A stretch of DNA of 64,000 nt from positions 192,001 to 256,000 of the forward strand of contig CAWAGQ010000006.1 in assembly GCA_963781585.1 (NCBI GenBank), given 5' to 3'. Both the position numbers and the translations under genes were made by a program. Below are positions 10,342 through 21,217 of this stretch, piece after piece (position 1 is the first letter of the stretch; every line of letters begins with the position of its first letter). The DNA is from an uncultured Gemmatimonadaceae bacterium. GTDB taxonomy: Bacteria; Gemmatimonadota; Gemmatimonadetes; Gemmatimonadales; Gemmatimonadaceae. Below the pieces are notes generated by a model, which was not told where the DNA came from, searched no databases, and saw only the letters and a list, made by a program, of their open reading frames with translations.

Positions 10342-11229
10342 ATGACCAGCGCCATTGCGATTGCCACGTTAGGCTTCTTCCTCGGCATGCGGCACGCGAC
10401 CGACGCCGACCACGTGATCGCAGTGACCACGATCGTGGCGCGGCATCGGAGCCTGAAGAGCGCGGCCTGGATCGGCGCCGTGTGGGGGATCGGGCACACC
10501 GTCACGATCCTGGTGGTGGGCGGCGCGATCATTCTCTTCAGCTGGGTCATCCCGCCGCGTATCGGATTGTCGATGGAGCTGGCGGTCGGACTGATGCTGG
10601 TCGCGCTGGGCGTGATGAATCTCGGCGGGTTCTGGCAGCGGGTGCAGGAAGTACAGCCTGCGCCGGAGGCGCCGGCGCATGGGCACGCGGCCGCACCTCC
10701 GGCGCAGGCGCCGTCGTGTCCTGCCGTGGATCCCCGTGGGCACGCGCACGAGCTCCCGCACGTCCACTCCCATGCGCACCGCCACGGCGACTACATCCAC
10801 ACCCATGCGCACGAGCACGACCCCGAACGTCACCCGCATGATCCCGATCGAACGCCGTTGAGCCGCCTCGACCAGCGACTGGGATCCTTGCGCCTGTACC
10901 AGCTCGCGCGCCCGCTGGTTGTGGGCGTTGTGCATGGGCTGGCCGGGTCAGCCGCCATTGCCCTGCTGGTGCTCACCACCATCCGGAGCACGACCTGGGG
11001 CGTCGTGTATCTGCTCATCTTCGGGCTCGGCACCATCGCCGGCATGATGCTCGTCACCGCCGTGGTCAGCGTCCCGTTCGCCATGACCGGCGCCCAGTTC
11101 GGCCGCCTGAATCGGCAGCTCCGGATCGCATCCGGCGTGGTGAGTCTCGCCTTCGGACTGTTCATTGCCTGGCGGATCGGCATCGTCGGCGGGCTGTTCA
11201 CCGGCCATCCGCAGTGGACGCCGCGGTAG
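10342..11229 (+). CDS. High-affinity nickel/cobalt transporter (NiCoT/UreH-like) with His-rich loop
   Basis: GMRHATDADHV signature, WGIGH, GVVHGLAGSAA and a long His-rich loop. Confidence 0.9.
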   Translation: MTSAIAIATLGFFLGMRHATDADHVIAVTTIVARHRSLKSAAWIGAVWGIGHTVTILVVGGAIILFSWVIPPRIGLSMELAVGLMLVALGVMNLGGFWQRVQEVQPAPEAPAHGHAAAPPAQAPSCPAVDPRGHAHELPHVHSHAHRHGDYIHTHAHEHDPERHPHDPDRTPLSRLDQRLGSLRLYQLARPLVVGVVHGLAGSAAIALLVLTTIRSTTWGVVYLLIFGLGTIAGMMLVTAVVSVPFAMTGAQFGRLNRQLRIASGVVSLAFGLFIAWRIGIVGGLFTGHPQWTPR

Positions 11230-11234
11230 GCGCG

Positions 11235-11534
11235 ATGCTTCTGGAACTGCGACCTGTGTCGCGCAAGACGCCACTCGACGGCAAACTCGAGATCACGGCG
11301 GCGGCTGCCGATCGGCTGGCGGCGCTGGGGCCGGAGTTTCTGCTCTCGGTCGACGAGCGCCAGACGACCGGATGTCTGCGTGCGCTCGCATGCACTTGCG
11401 CGAAGGGGGCCGGACCGTCGCACGTGCACCACTTTCTCGAGAGTCCCGCCCTCCGTGCACTGTTGCCTGGGGTCGAGGTGCGGGTCGAGCTGGACGAGGC
11501 GGCGGGCATTGTGCGAGTCGGAACCCGGGGCTGA
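11235..11534 (+). CDS. Small hypothetical protein with CxC...HxHH motif
   Basis: ATG 5 bp after the transporter stop; CTCAKG..HVHHFLES. Confidence 0.65.
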   Translation: MLLELRPVSRKTPLDGKLEITAAAADRLAALGPEFLLSVDERQTTGCLRALACTCAKGAGPSHVHHFLESPALRALLPGVEVRVELDEAAGIVRVGTRG

Positions 11535-11548
11535 CGTGCCCGTTCCCG

Positions 11549-11571
11549 TAATTGGGGTCAGACCCCAATTA
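11549..11571. repeat. REP-like palindrome TAATTGGGGTC-A-GACCCCAATTA
   Basis: Perfect 11-bp arms; a related copy lies at 17151-17171. Confidence 0.6.
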
Positions 11572-11671
11572 GTCCAACTTCACTTGCCGCGGCCCCGTGA
11601 CAATCCCCGCCCGCGGCATCAGCTTAGGGAAGCACCCCCCAACCATACCACCACCCTTCAGGAGTCTGAGG

Positions 11672-13360
11672 ATGAAGCTCACCGCTCTCGCTGGCGTCCT
11701 GACGATCGCCGCGGCCAACACGGTGTGCACGCTGCCACTGGCGGCGCAAGAGAAGGTCGACGTCGCCACGGTCCAGCGCATCAAGGCCGAAGAGATGCAG
11801 CACTCCCAGGTCATGGACATCATGAGCTGGCTGTCCGATGTCTACGGCCCGCGACTCACCTGGTCGCCGAACCTCACCCGAGCAAAGGTGTGGGCGATGG
11901 GCCAGATGAAGTCATGGGGCCTGGCCAACGTCCATGAGGAGATGTGGGACACGCCCCCGGGACTCGGCTGGGAGAACGAGCGGTTCTCCTTCATGGCGAC
12001 GTCCCCCATGCCGTTCATCGTCGAGGCGGTGCCGCGCGCGTGGTCGGCGAGCACGAAGGGTACGGTTACCGGGCCGGCACTGATGGTGAGCGCCGAATGC
12101 TCGGACGAGCTGAAGCAGATGTACGCGGGAAAACTGCATAACGCATTCGTGATGACGTCGCCGCCGGAAGAGCAGGCCGTGAACGACTTCGAGCCAACGG
12201 CGTCACGCTACTCCGATTCCGCCTTGGCAGTCATGGCGGCCGCGCAGCCGGCCGCTGCGGGCGGTCGCGGTGGTCGGGGCGGAGGCGCTCCGCCGCAGCG
12301 CTCGGCGGTGTGCCAGGCGCAATTCAAGCGTGACTCGATTGCGACGGCCGCATCCGGCCGCGGTGGGGGACGGGGTGGATTCTTCGGCGGGCGCGGCGGA
12401 CTCAACATGAGCGACACCACCACGCTCCGATGGATGGAAGCACAAGGGACCGCGGCCGTCCTGCTGGAGGACACGCGGCATGTCGGCGGCGACATCGGCA
12501 CCGACAACGGCGCGTCGCGCGCTGCCGGCGCGCCCCAGGTCCCGTTCGTGCACGTCGCGCGGGAATCGTATGGACGCATCGCACGCATGGTGGAGAAAAA
12601 GGTCCCGGTCGCACTCGAGCTGAACATGCAGAACAGGTTCTTCCCCGAGAACAAGACCTCGTTCGACATCATCGGCGAGATCCCCGGAACCGACCCGCAG
12701 CTCAAGGACCAGGTGGTGATGATCGGCGCCCACTTCGATTCGTGGCACTCCGGAACGGGTGCAACGGACAACGGCGCGGGCTCCGGTGTGATGCTCGAGG
12801 CGATGCGGCTCCTCAAGTCACTCAACCTGCAGCCTCGGCGGACGATCCGGATCGGACTCTGGACCGGAGAAGAGCAGGGACTTCTGGGATCGCGCGCGTA
12901 CGTCGCGAAGCACTTCGGCACCACCGACGCGAGCGGGTTCCACCCCACCGCGGAGCAGGCAAAGTTCGCCGCCTACTTCAACGTCGATAACGGAAGCGGC
13001 AAGATCCGCGGCGTGTACCTCCAGGGGATTGAAGCAGAACGTCCGATCTTCGATGCCTGGATGGATCCGTTCAAGGGAATGGGGATGAATACGCTGACGA
13101 TCCGGAACACCGGTGGTACGGATCACCTCTCGTACATCGGCGTGGGACTCCCCGGCTTCCAGTTCATCCAGGATCCGCTCGACTACGGCAACGTCACACA
13201 CCATACCAACCAGGACGTCTACGAACGGCTACAGCCTGACGACATGAAGTTCAACGCGGCGGTGGTGGCCAGCTTCGCCTGGTTGGCCGCTCAGCGCGAT
13301 GAGATGCTGCCCCGGCCACCGCTACCAACGGCGGTGCAGGGCGGTCGCGGAGGCCGGTAG
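11672..13360 (+). CDS. M28 family (carboxypeptidase Q-like) exported metallopeptidase
   Basis: Signal peptide; GPRLT, GAHFDSW, GATDNGAG, WTGEEQGLLGS, GGTDH, HHT. Confidence 0.92.
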   Translation: MKLTALAGVLTIAAANTVCTLPLAAQEKVDVATVQRIKAEEMQHSQVMDIMSWLSDVYGPRLTWSPNLTRAKVWAMGQMKSWGLANVHEEMWDTPPGLGWENERFSFMATSPMPFIVEAVPRAWSASTKGTVTGPALMVSAECSDELKQMYAGKLHNAFVMTSPPEEQAVNDFEPTASRYSDSALAVMAAAQPAAAGGRGGRGGGAPPQRSAVCQAQFKRDSIATAASGRGGGRGGFFGGRGGLNMSDTTTLRWMEAQGTAAVLLEDTRHVGGDIGTDNGASRAAGAPQVPFVHVARESYGRIARMVEKKVPVALELNMQNRFFPENKTSFDIIGEIPGTDPQLKDQVVMIGAHFDSWHSGTGATDNGAGSGVMLEAMRLLKSLNLQPRRTIRIGLWTGEEQGLLGSRAYVAKHFGTTDASGFHPTAEQAKFAAYFNVDNGSGKIRGVYLQGIEAERPIFDAWMDPFKGMGMNTLTIRNTGGTDHLSYIGVGLPGFQFIQDPLDYGNVTHHTNQDVYERLQPDDMKFNAAVVASFAWLAAQRDEMLPRPPLPTAVQGGRGGR

Positions 13361-13384
13361 CGCAGATGTCGATGGGGAGATGCG

Positions 13385-13430
13385 CGGTTGCGGCGAAGGG
13401 GCGGCTCAGGCCGCCCCTTCGCTGCAACCG
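13385..13430. terminator. Long GC-rich hairpin between convergent genes
   Basis: 21-bp stem (one G-U pair) with a 4-nt loop; no clear U tract. Confidence 0.55.
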
Positions 13431-13472
13431 GCGCTGCCGCACGCCACGTGCCCATGAGCCATGACCTCCGGG

Positions 13473-14888
13473 CTATAAGCTGTCCTTCTCGGGCAACGGG
13501 AGGCTGACACGGAATTCTGTGCGCCCAGGCCGCGTTTCCAGTTCCACGCTTCCACCGTGCTGCTGAACCTGACGACGCACGATGTCGAGTCCCAGGCCCG
13601 TGCCCTGTCCGACGGGTTTGGTGGTGAAGAAGGGGTCGAAGATGCGACCGGATATCTCATCGGGGATTCCGGGGCCGTTGTCGATGACACGGACCACCAC
13701 CCAGCCGCGCTCGTGCTGCGCCGTGACGGTCACCTGCCCCGACGCCGGCACCGCATCGATGGCGTTGTCGATGAGATTGGCCCACACCTGATTCAGCTCG
13801 CCGCCGGACCCCATCACCCGCGGCAATTCAGGCTCCAGCTCGAGTCGCACTCCCACCGATTTCTGGCGTGCCTTGGAGCTGAGGACCGCGATGGTGTCGG
13901 AGAGCCCTCGCCCGACATCGAGCGGTTCCGGCGTGGAGGGGCGATCCATATGGGTGAAGCCCTTGACCGCGCTCACCAGAGTGTAGACGCGTGACGCCGC
14001 CTTCTCGATGTCCGACACCAGTCCACGCGTGGCACAGCCTGATGCGATCCAGCGAACGGCCGCGTCGAGCGCGGTGCCGTGGACGACCTGCGCCATGTCA
14101 TCGAGCATCGGCAAGGTGACGGCGGAGTCGGCGAGCGCGTGTGCCGCCCCGACATCGAGTTCGCGCGCCACCAGCCACTCGGCGATGGAGTCCTCGCGGT
14201 CTGCGCGCTCGAGGGGCGACTGCACACCGGCCGGCGCCCCCACGCACAACTCGCGCACGTGCTTCAAGGCGCCAAGGGCCGCGTCCGAGAGTCCCGCCGC
14301 ACCCAGTACCAGCGCGGCTTCGTCCGACTCCGCCAGCGTTCCCGCCAGCAGCGTGGCGCTTCGCGCCGCGGCCGATGCCGGATTGTTCAACTCGTGCGCG
14401 AGCCCGGCGGCCAGCTTTCCCAGCGACATCATCTTCTCGACCTGCGAGTCGTCCGCGCGGAAGACACGGGCGCGGTCGAGCATGACGTGCACCAGAAGGG
14501 TGGCGATCTCGGGACATTCCCGGATCAGAGCCGGGAAATGTCGGCGGTGAATGGCCAGTGCCTCCGACACCTCTTCGGAGTAAACCTGGCCAGGCGAGAA
14601 CTTCATGCGCGAGTAGGGGAGGTTGCCCACCACATCGCCGCCGACCCACTCCATCACCTTTCGCCGGGCACCGCCGCGATCGAGGTAAATTGCGATGTGG
14701 CCCGAGAAGAGCACGTAGAGATAGTCGATGGCATTCGCCACCGCCGTGACGTTGTCGCCCTTGCCGAACTGCACAAGACCGCCGTGCGACACCAGCCAGG
14801 CGAGCTCCTCGCGCGGGGCGCTGCCGAGGGTCCGGTGCGTCTGCAGACGGTCGATGAGATGCGCGGTGGTGTAAGCGGTTCCGGTCAT
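13473..14888 (-). CDS. Cyclic nucleotide-binding-domain sensor histidine kinase
   Basis: N-terminal cNMP-binding-like fold; [11 protein letters not shown]-box, [10 protein letters not shown]-box, [20 protein letters not shown]. Confidence 0.92.
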   Translation of the reverse strand: MTGTAYTTAHLIDRLQTHRTLGSAPREELAWLVSHGGLVQFGKGDNVTAVANAIDYLYVLFSGHIAIYLDRGGARRKVMEWVGGDVVGNLPYSRMKFSPGQVYSEEVSEALAIHRRHFPALIRECPEIATLLVHVMLDRARVFRADDSQVEKMMSLGKLAAGLAHELNNPASAAARSATLLAGTLAESDEAALVLGAAGLSDAALGALKHVRELCVGAPAGVQSPLERADREDSIAEWLVARELDVGAAHALADSAVTLPMLDDMAQVVHGTALDAAVRWIASGCATRGLVSDIEKAASRVYTLVSAVKGFTHMDRPSTPEPLDVGRGLSDTIAVLSSKARQKSVGVRLELEPELPRVMGSGGELNQVWANLIDNAIDAVPASGQVTVTAQHERGWVVVRVIDNGPGIPDEISGRIFDPFFTTKPVGQGTGLGLDIVRRQVQQHGGSVELETRPGRTEFRVSLPLPEKDSL

Positions 14889-15065
14889 GGCGGTTCGCGG
14901 AAGTCTGCCGGCCTGCTCGCGCTGCCACAAGGCGAACAGGTCGTCGTGGCATCATTATTCTCCGAGGGTCACCCGCCGCCAGCGCGTTCCCTGGCGGGCG
15001 CCGCGGCTCCATTGCCCGATGTGAACGGGTGACAGGCAGGGCAGTTCGAACCCGAGGAGATCGCC

Positions 15066-17111
15066 GTGCGTAATCGTTCCACTCGATCCCCGTTTTCCAT
15101 GGGGCCCACGATCGCAGCCCTGACGATGAGTCTGGCGCACCCGCTGGCCGGGCAGACGCGCCCGCTGCCGCTACTCGAACCGTCCGTCAGCGTACAAACG
15201 GGCCGACCGCTGCCGGGGCCCGTTTACGAAACCTCCGCCTTCACTCGCGCCGTGGAGCGGCGAACACGCACGCGCAACGGTGCCCCCGGTGAGGCGTCGT
15301 GGACCCAGTATGCCCGCTACTATATAGATGCGCGTCTGGATCCGGCGGCGACGCGAGTGTCGGGCAGCGAACGCGTCGTCTATCTCAACAATTCGCACGA
15401 CACGCTGACGCGGGTCGCGGTTCACTTGAGACAGAACGCGTTCGCGCCCGGAAACGCGCGCCGTACGGCTGTGCCCACCACAGGCGGCATGACGCTGAAC
15501 CGGGTGGCGGTGCGCGGAACCACCGTTGCGCCGCCGTCCGGCGCACCGAACAGCAGTTCGTCGCGCACCGCCGCGTCGAGGGACAGCTACCTCGTCGACG
15601 GAACGGTCATGTGGATCACGCTGGCCACGCCCCTGATGCCGCGCGACAGCATTCGGCTCGACTTCAGCTGGTCGTACTCGCCGGCGCCGGCTCCATCCGA
15701 CGGGCGCGAGGGACGCGAGTCAGACGTCTTCTTCATGGGCTACTGGTATCCGCAAGTCGCCGTGTACGACGACGTGAATGGGTGGGTCGCCGATCAGTAT
15801 CTGCTGCAGGCCGAGTTCTACATGGACCCGGCGGACTACGACGTGCGCCTGCAGGTGCCGCGCGAGTGGGTCGTGGGCGCTACCGGTCAGCTGCAGAACC
15901 CGGACTCGGTGCTGAGCAGCGTCACGCGCGCGCGGCTTGACGAGGCGCGGCGCACCGGGAGTGTGGTCCATGTGGTGACGCCTGGACCCGAAGCATCACG
16001 CGCGCTCGCCGGCACGGGTCCGTCGCTCACCTGGCACTTCGTGGCGCGCGACGTGCGCGATTTCGCCTGGGGCGCGGGCAACGCCTACGTGTGGGACGCG
16101 ACCCGCGCAATCATCACCGGCGCCGGCGGCCGTCCCGACACCGTCACCATCAACAGCTTCTATCGGCGTCACCCGCCGGCGTCAGCCTGGGCGACGGGCG
16201 GCGCGCGCTACACCCGCGACGCCATCGAGCAGCTCTCCGCGTACCTCTGGCCGTATCCGTGGCCCCAGATGACCTCGATGGAGGGGATCCTCGACGGCGG
16301 CGGCATGGAGTATCCGATGATGACCATCATGCAGCCCTGGGCGGACACGCTCTCGCTGGCGGGCGACCTGATGCACGAGACGGGACACATGTGGTTCCCG
16401 ATGCAGGTGGGATCGAACGAGACCCGGTATCCGTGGATGGACGAGGGCTTCACGCAGTTCGACGATGCCCAGGGAATGCGCGTGCTGTACGGCGAGCCGC
16501 GTAGTGGCGGGCGGCCTAACGATTCTGAACCTGGACAGCGGCGCCTCTATCTGGACGCGGCGCGCGCCGGCAACGATCAGCGGCTGATGGTACCGGGCGA
16601 TCTGTATCCCGCCGAGTGGTACTTCATCATGTACTACGACAAGACCGCGCAGGTGCTGGCGGCGCTGCGCGGGATGCTGGGAGAGGAGACGTTTCATCGC
16701 GCGTTCCGCGAGTATGGCCACCGCTGGATCGACAAGCACCCGTACCCGTACGACTTCTTCAACGCGATCGCCGATGTCTCCGGGCGCGACCTCTCCTGGT
16801 TCTGGACGACCTGGTTCTACGAGCCGTGGTCGCTGGATCAGGCGATCGCATCGGTGTCCACCGTGGGCGATTCCACGGCGATTACGATCGAGGATCGCGG
16901 GCTCGCGCCGATGCCCGTGCGCGTCGCCATCACCCGCGCCGACGGTACCGTACAGCGACTGGATCTGCCGGTGGACATCTGGTTGACCGGAGCGCGCCGC
17001 CACGAGGTGCGCGTGGCCGGCTCCCCAGCCATTACACGCATCGAGATCGATCCCGACGCGGCCTTCCCCGACATCGAGCGCCGCAACCAGGCTTGGACAG
17101 TGCCCCGATAG
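15066..17111 (+). CDS. M1 family aminopeptidase (exported)
   Basis: GGMEY and HETGHMWF...WMDEGF zinc motif; start may lie somewhat downstream. Confidence 0.92.
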   Translation: MRNRSTRSPFSMGPTIAALTMSLAHPLAGQTRPLPLLEPSVSVQTGRPLPGPVYETSAFTRAVERRTRTRNGAPGEASWTQYARYYIDARLDPAATRVSGSERVVYLNNSHDTLTRVAVHLRQNAFAPGNARRTAVPTTGGMTLNRVAVRGTTVAPPSGAPNSSSSRTAASRDSYLVDGTVMWITLATPLMPRDSIRLDFSWSYSPAPAPSDGREGRESDVFFMGYWYPQVAVYDDVNGWVADQYLLQAEFYMDPADYDVRLQVPREWVVGATGQLQNPDSVLSSVTRARLDEARRTGSVVHVVTPGPEASRALAGTGPSLTWHFVARDVRDFAWGAGNAYVWDATRAIITGAGGRPDTVTINSFYRRHPPASAWATGGARYTRDAIEQLSAYLWPYPWPQMTSMEGILDGGGMEYPMMTIMQPWADTLSLAGDLMHETGHMWFPMQVGSNETRYPWMDEGFTQFDDAQGMRVLYGEPRSGGRPNDSEPGQRRLYLDAARAGNDQRLMVPGDLYPAEWYFIMYYDKTAQVLAALRGMLGEETFHRAFREYGHRWIDKHPYPYDFFNAIADVSGRDLSWFWTTWFYEPWSLDQAIASVSTVGDSTAITIEDRGLAPMPVRVAITRADGTVQRLDLPVDIWLTGARRHEVRVAGSPAITRIEIDPDAAFPDIERRNQAWTVPR

Positions 17112-17150
17112 GCACGGCGGACGCCCCGTCGTGCCAGGGCGAGCGCCGAA

Positions 17151-17171
17151 AATCGAGTCTGACCCCAATTA
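17151..17171. repeat. Second, degenerate REP-like palindrome
   Basis: AATCGAGTC-T-GACCCCAATTA, matching the element at 11549; overlaps the hutG-like stop. Confidence 0.5.
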
Positions 17172-18014
17172 CGCCACTCCGTCCGCCAGCACGCGCGTGA
17201 GTCGCAGCAGGGCATCCTGCAGCGGGCCGAATCCCGCCGTCTTCTCCACGCGAAGCTCGTCGAGGTACAGCGCGCGATTGATCTCAATCTGCACGCTGTG
17301 AATGCTGTCGCCGGGCCGGCCGATGCGCCGGACGATTGCCCCGCCCTTGTACGGGTGGTTCACCGAGACCGCGTAGCCGAGGGATCGAAGCGTCTCCACG
17401 ACCAAGTGCGAGACCTGCGGCGAGGCGGTCGTCCCATCGCGGTCGGAGACCACGAAGTCGGCTCGCCGGTCGCCGGCGCCGTCCGGGGTCATGGTGTTGC
17501 CGGCGGACTTCATGGAGTGCCAGTCGACGTGCAACACCGGCGTCCCGCGCGAGTGCAATTCCGCCACCAGACCATCCAGCGCCTCGTGATAGGGTACGTA
17601 CACGTCCTCGAGACGCCGCTCTACTTCGGAGACGCGCAGCTTCCGCGCGTTCACGGGGACGCCCGGCGTCGCGAATCGCCTGATGAGGCCGAGCCCGCGC
17701 GCGGACTTCTCCGTGGGATTGAGGGGGAAGGGCCATGGTTCGGCGAGCAGGTCGGCATCGATGTCATCGGGGGGTCGATTGAGGTCGATGTAGCAGCGGG
17801 CGTAGGTCGCGGTGAGCAGGACGGCGCCCACGTCCACCGCCGGTGCGAGCAGCTCGTCGACGTACGCATCCTCGGCGCGACGGAGTTCCTCGATGGCGGC
17901 GCCCGCGGCCAGGTCGTCGGGATAGACGCGTCCGCTGTGCGGCGAGTCGTAGAGCAGTCGCGCCGGTCCCGAGGGTCGACGAATCTCGCAAGGCGGCGGC
18001 TCGCGCATCGCCAT
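17169..18014 (-). CDS. hutG: N-formylglutamate amidohydrolase
   Basis: DSPHSG, EDAYVDEL, RCYIDLNR, DWHSM, NHPYKGG, QIEINRALY. Confidence 0.88.
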   Translation of the reverse strand: MAMREPPPCEIRRPSGPARLLYDSPHSGRVYPDDLAAGAAIEELRRAEDAYVDELLAPAVDVGAVLLTATYARCYIDLNRPPDDIDADLLAEPWPFPLNPTEKSARGLGLIRRFATPGVPVNARKLRVSEVERRLEDVYVPYHEALDGLVAELHSRGTPVLHVDWHSMKSAGNTMTPDGAGDRRADFVVSDRDGTTASPQVSHLVVETLRSLGYAVSVNHPYKGGAIVRRIGRPGDSIHSVQIEINRALYLDELRVEKTAGFGPLQDALLRLTRVLADGVA

Positions 18015-18015
18015 G

Positions 18016-19410
18016 TCAGTGGCCGGTGACCACCGCGAGCGCCGTGGCAACCAGGCAAAGCACCCCCAGCACGGCCGCCAGGGGCGCGATGAAGCGCAGC
18101 CACGCCCCGTATCCGACCTTGCCGGTGGCCAGGTAAGCGAGCAGCATCCCCGACGTGGGGGTGATGATGTTCGTGAGGCCGTTACCGAAGAGAAAAGCCT
18201 GCACCGTCACCTGGCCGCTCACACCCGCGATCTGTCCGAGCGGGCCGAGGATGGGCATGGTGACGGCGGCCTGCCCGGAGGTCGAGGGGATGAAGACGTC
18301 GATCACCATCTGGATCGCGACCATCAGTTGGCCGACAACGACCGGGTGGCGCCCCTCCACCGCGCGTGCCAGGAACGCGATGATCGAATCGAGCACGAGG
18401 CTGTTGCGCAGCACGATCTCCACCGCGGACGCGAGCCCGACCAGCAGCGCCGCGAGCATCATGCCCTGCGTCCCCTTGAGGAAGGCCTGTGCGGCGCGAC
18501 GGGAATCGAGTCCGGCGATCACCGCGAGGACGAGTCGAGACCGCGAGATACATCGCCGCGAGCTCGCGATTCCCCCATGCCAGTTGCTGCGCGCCATAGA
18601 CCATCAGCCCCACCGACAGGCCGAGCACCGCAAGCATGGCCGACGTGCCGCGCGGGAGAGCGGGCGACCGCGTCGGGGCGGACGCCGCGGTTGCGCCGCC
18701 ACTGTGGCCGCGCGCGTACCGCAGGAGGTACGCGATGCCGATTGGCAGGAAGATCGCGAACGTCGCGAAGCCGGAAGCCGGCCCCGCTGAACACGGGCAC
18801 GCCCACGATCGGCTGCGCGATGACGAGCGGCAGCGGATTGGTCACCGACGTCAGGTAGCCGATCTTCGCGGCTATGGTCACCATTGCCACACCGACGAGC
18901 GCGTCGTACCCCAGCCGCTCGGCAAGCAGCACCACCATCGGGATGATGACCAGATACTCCGAGATGAGTCCGAGGAAGGTGCTGCCGCAGGCGATCACCA
19001 GCATGAGCACTGGGGCGAGGACGTTGATGTTCCCACGCGTGGCCGTGAGTAACCGGTCCACCCCGGCCTTCAGCGCCCCCGACTCCTCCAGCACGCCGAA
19101 CATGCCCCCGATGAAGAGGATCATGAAGATCAGCGCAGCCGACTCGGACCATGCCCGCCGGAACGGAGGACACAATGGCAACCGGGCTTGCCGGATACGC
19201 CAGCGAATCGGTGCTCCGCATCGGGCGACGCAATCCGGCCGCGAAGTCCTTGGGGATGGTGTGGTACGTGCCCGGGATGACGAGTCCGTCCTTTGTGCGC
19301 TCGAACGTGCCGGCAGGGACGAGCCAGGTCAGCGCCACCGCCGCCGCAATGATGAGCAGCATCATCACCAGCGCGTGTGGCATGCGAACGCCTTGCGTGG
19401 GCAGGGGCAT
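18016..19410 (-). pseudogene. YfcC/C4-dicarboxylate anaerobic carrier family transporter, several frameshifts
   Basis: N-terminus PHALV..LTWLVPAGTFER, middle IGGMFGVLEESGA and C-terminus IPSTSGQA..GNGLTN..PTSG lie in different frames; may be read errors. Confidence 0.8.
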
Positions 19411-19679
19411 CTGAGGAGCGACGGGTGGTGTCCGGGTCGGCAGAGACCTTGCGATCGTGTCTGTTGGGACGGTCCTGCTCGACGGGAGCCGCGGAGTCGA
19501 ACATGGTTGCCGGACGATGCGCGGGCAAATCGGGCCGCGCCACTTGCCACGGGGCGCGTGGGCGAAGCACTTTCGCAGCTCACGGGTGCCTCACGGGGGT
19601 CTCGATGCTCGCTCTTTCCGGTTCGTTCGCACATTGTCGCCCGACCGTTCGCTCGTGCGGCCAGCACTCTGGCGGGACG

Positions 19680-20989
19680 GCATGAATTGCTCGGCGCTGG
19701 TCTCTTCACGTCGCTGCTCTCGCTGGCCATGCTCGCGGCTCAGGTGGCGGCGCCCCTGGCAGCGCAAGGACGCTACTTCCCGCCGCGCGGCGAATGGGAG
19801 AAGCGATCACCCGCGCAGGTCGGCCTGAACCCGGCTGCCGTGGACTCCGCGGTCGCGATCGCTCTCCGCAGCGAATCGACGGCGCCGCGCGATCAGCTCG
19901 AGATGCAGCGCGGATCGTTCGGAAGGGAACCGCACGGCGAAGGGATCGGTCCGTTCAAGCCCCGCGGTGGCCCAGCGGGACTGATCGTGCGCCACGGTTA
20001 CATCGTGGCCGAGTGGGGCGATCCCGACCGCGTCGATCTCACGCACAGCGTCACCAAGAGCTTTCTCTCCACCACCGTCGGGCTCGCGTACGACCGCAAG
20101 TTGATCCGCGACGTGCACGACCCAGTGCGCCAGTACATGTCGCCGATCGTGGCGCTAAAGGGACCGCCGGGCAACGGCGCCGCCCTGGTGCCGATGCCGG
20201 CCGACGTGATGGGCGCCAACGTGAGCGACAGCGCCGCGCCGCCGCCGCCGGCGGGCGTAGCGTTCGACGCCTTCGAGGTGCTCCAGCCGTTCGAATCGGA
20301 CCACAATCGCAAGATCACCTGGGATGAGATGCTGCGGCAGACGAGCGAGTGGCAGGGGACGCTCTGGGGGAAGCCCGACTGGGCCGATCGGCCGCGCGGC
20401 GATATCGAGCAGTGGAAGCGCCGCGAACGTCCCGAGCCCGGCACCGTGTACACATACAACGACGTGCGGGTGAACCTGCTCGCGCTCGCGGCGCTCTATG
20501 GTGTGGCGCCGTCCGCTGCCGCAGGTGCTGCGCGACTCGGTGATGGATCCGATCGGCGCGTCGAACACCTGGCGGTGGTCCGGCTACGACAACTCGTGGG
20601 TGGTGCTCGACGGCCAGCTGGTGCAGTCGGTGACCGGGGGCGGGCACTGGGGCGGCGGCATGTGGATCAGCGCGCGCGACATGGCGCGCTTCGGGTACCT
20701 CACGCTGAACAGGGGACGTTGGGGGAACCGGCAGGTGCTCTCCGAGGCGTGGATCCGCATGGCGACCACGCCCGGCGTGAACCCGGGCTACGGCTTCTGC
20801 AACTATTTCCTGAACACCGGGCGGCGCGCGCTGCCGGACGCTCCGGAGCAGGCGTTCTACCACCTGGGGAACGGCAACAACATCATCTACGTCGATCCGG
20901 TGAACGACCTGGTGGTGGTGGCGCGGTGGATCAACAGCACGCGCTCCCTGGATGCGATGCTGAAGGCGCTGCTGACCGGTGCGCGTTAG
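19680..20989 (+). pseudogene. Serine hydrolase (beta-lactamase class C-like), one frameshift near 20495
   Basis: HSVTKS (SxxK) and YTYND in one frame, then MDPIG..GGG..SARDMARFG in the next; start approximate. Confidence 0.82.
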
Positions 20990-21217
20990 GCGCCGGACCG
21001 ACGCGAGGCCGGGGTGCCGCGCCTCCAGGCGCAGGGCCGCCAGCGCGAACCCGTCCTGCTCACGGATCAGCAGCGCGCGCCGGAGACCGGGCCTAACGCG
21101 GACCGGAATGTGACGCCGGACACGATCCCGGTCTCCTGCGGCTGACGCTGTCGGCGACTCGACGCGCGGGTGCCGGTGTATCACCCGCGCCAGACAGTAC
21201 GCAAACCAGGAGGTCAC

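Noticed and set aside
12255..12400. GGRGG repeats in the M28 peptidase
   Set aside because: Low-complexity linkers common in exported enzymes of this lineage; not a separate element.
18874..21096. 740-aa ORF as one protein
   Set aside because: It combines the YfcC antisense shadow, the real serine hydrolase N-part and an out-of-frame tail.
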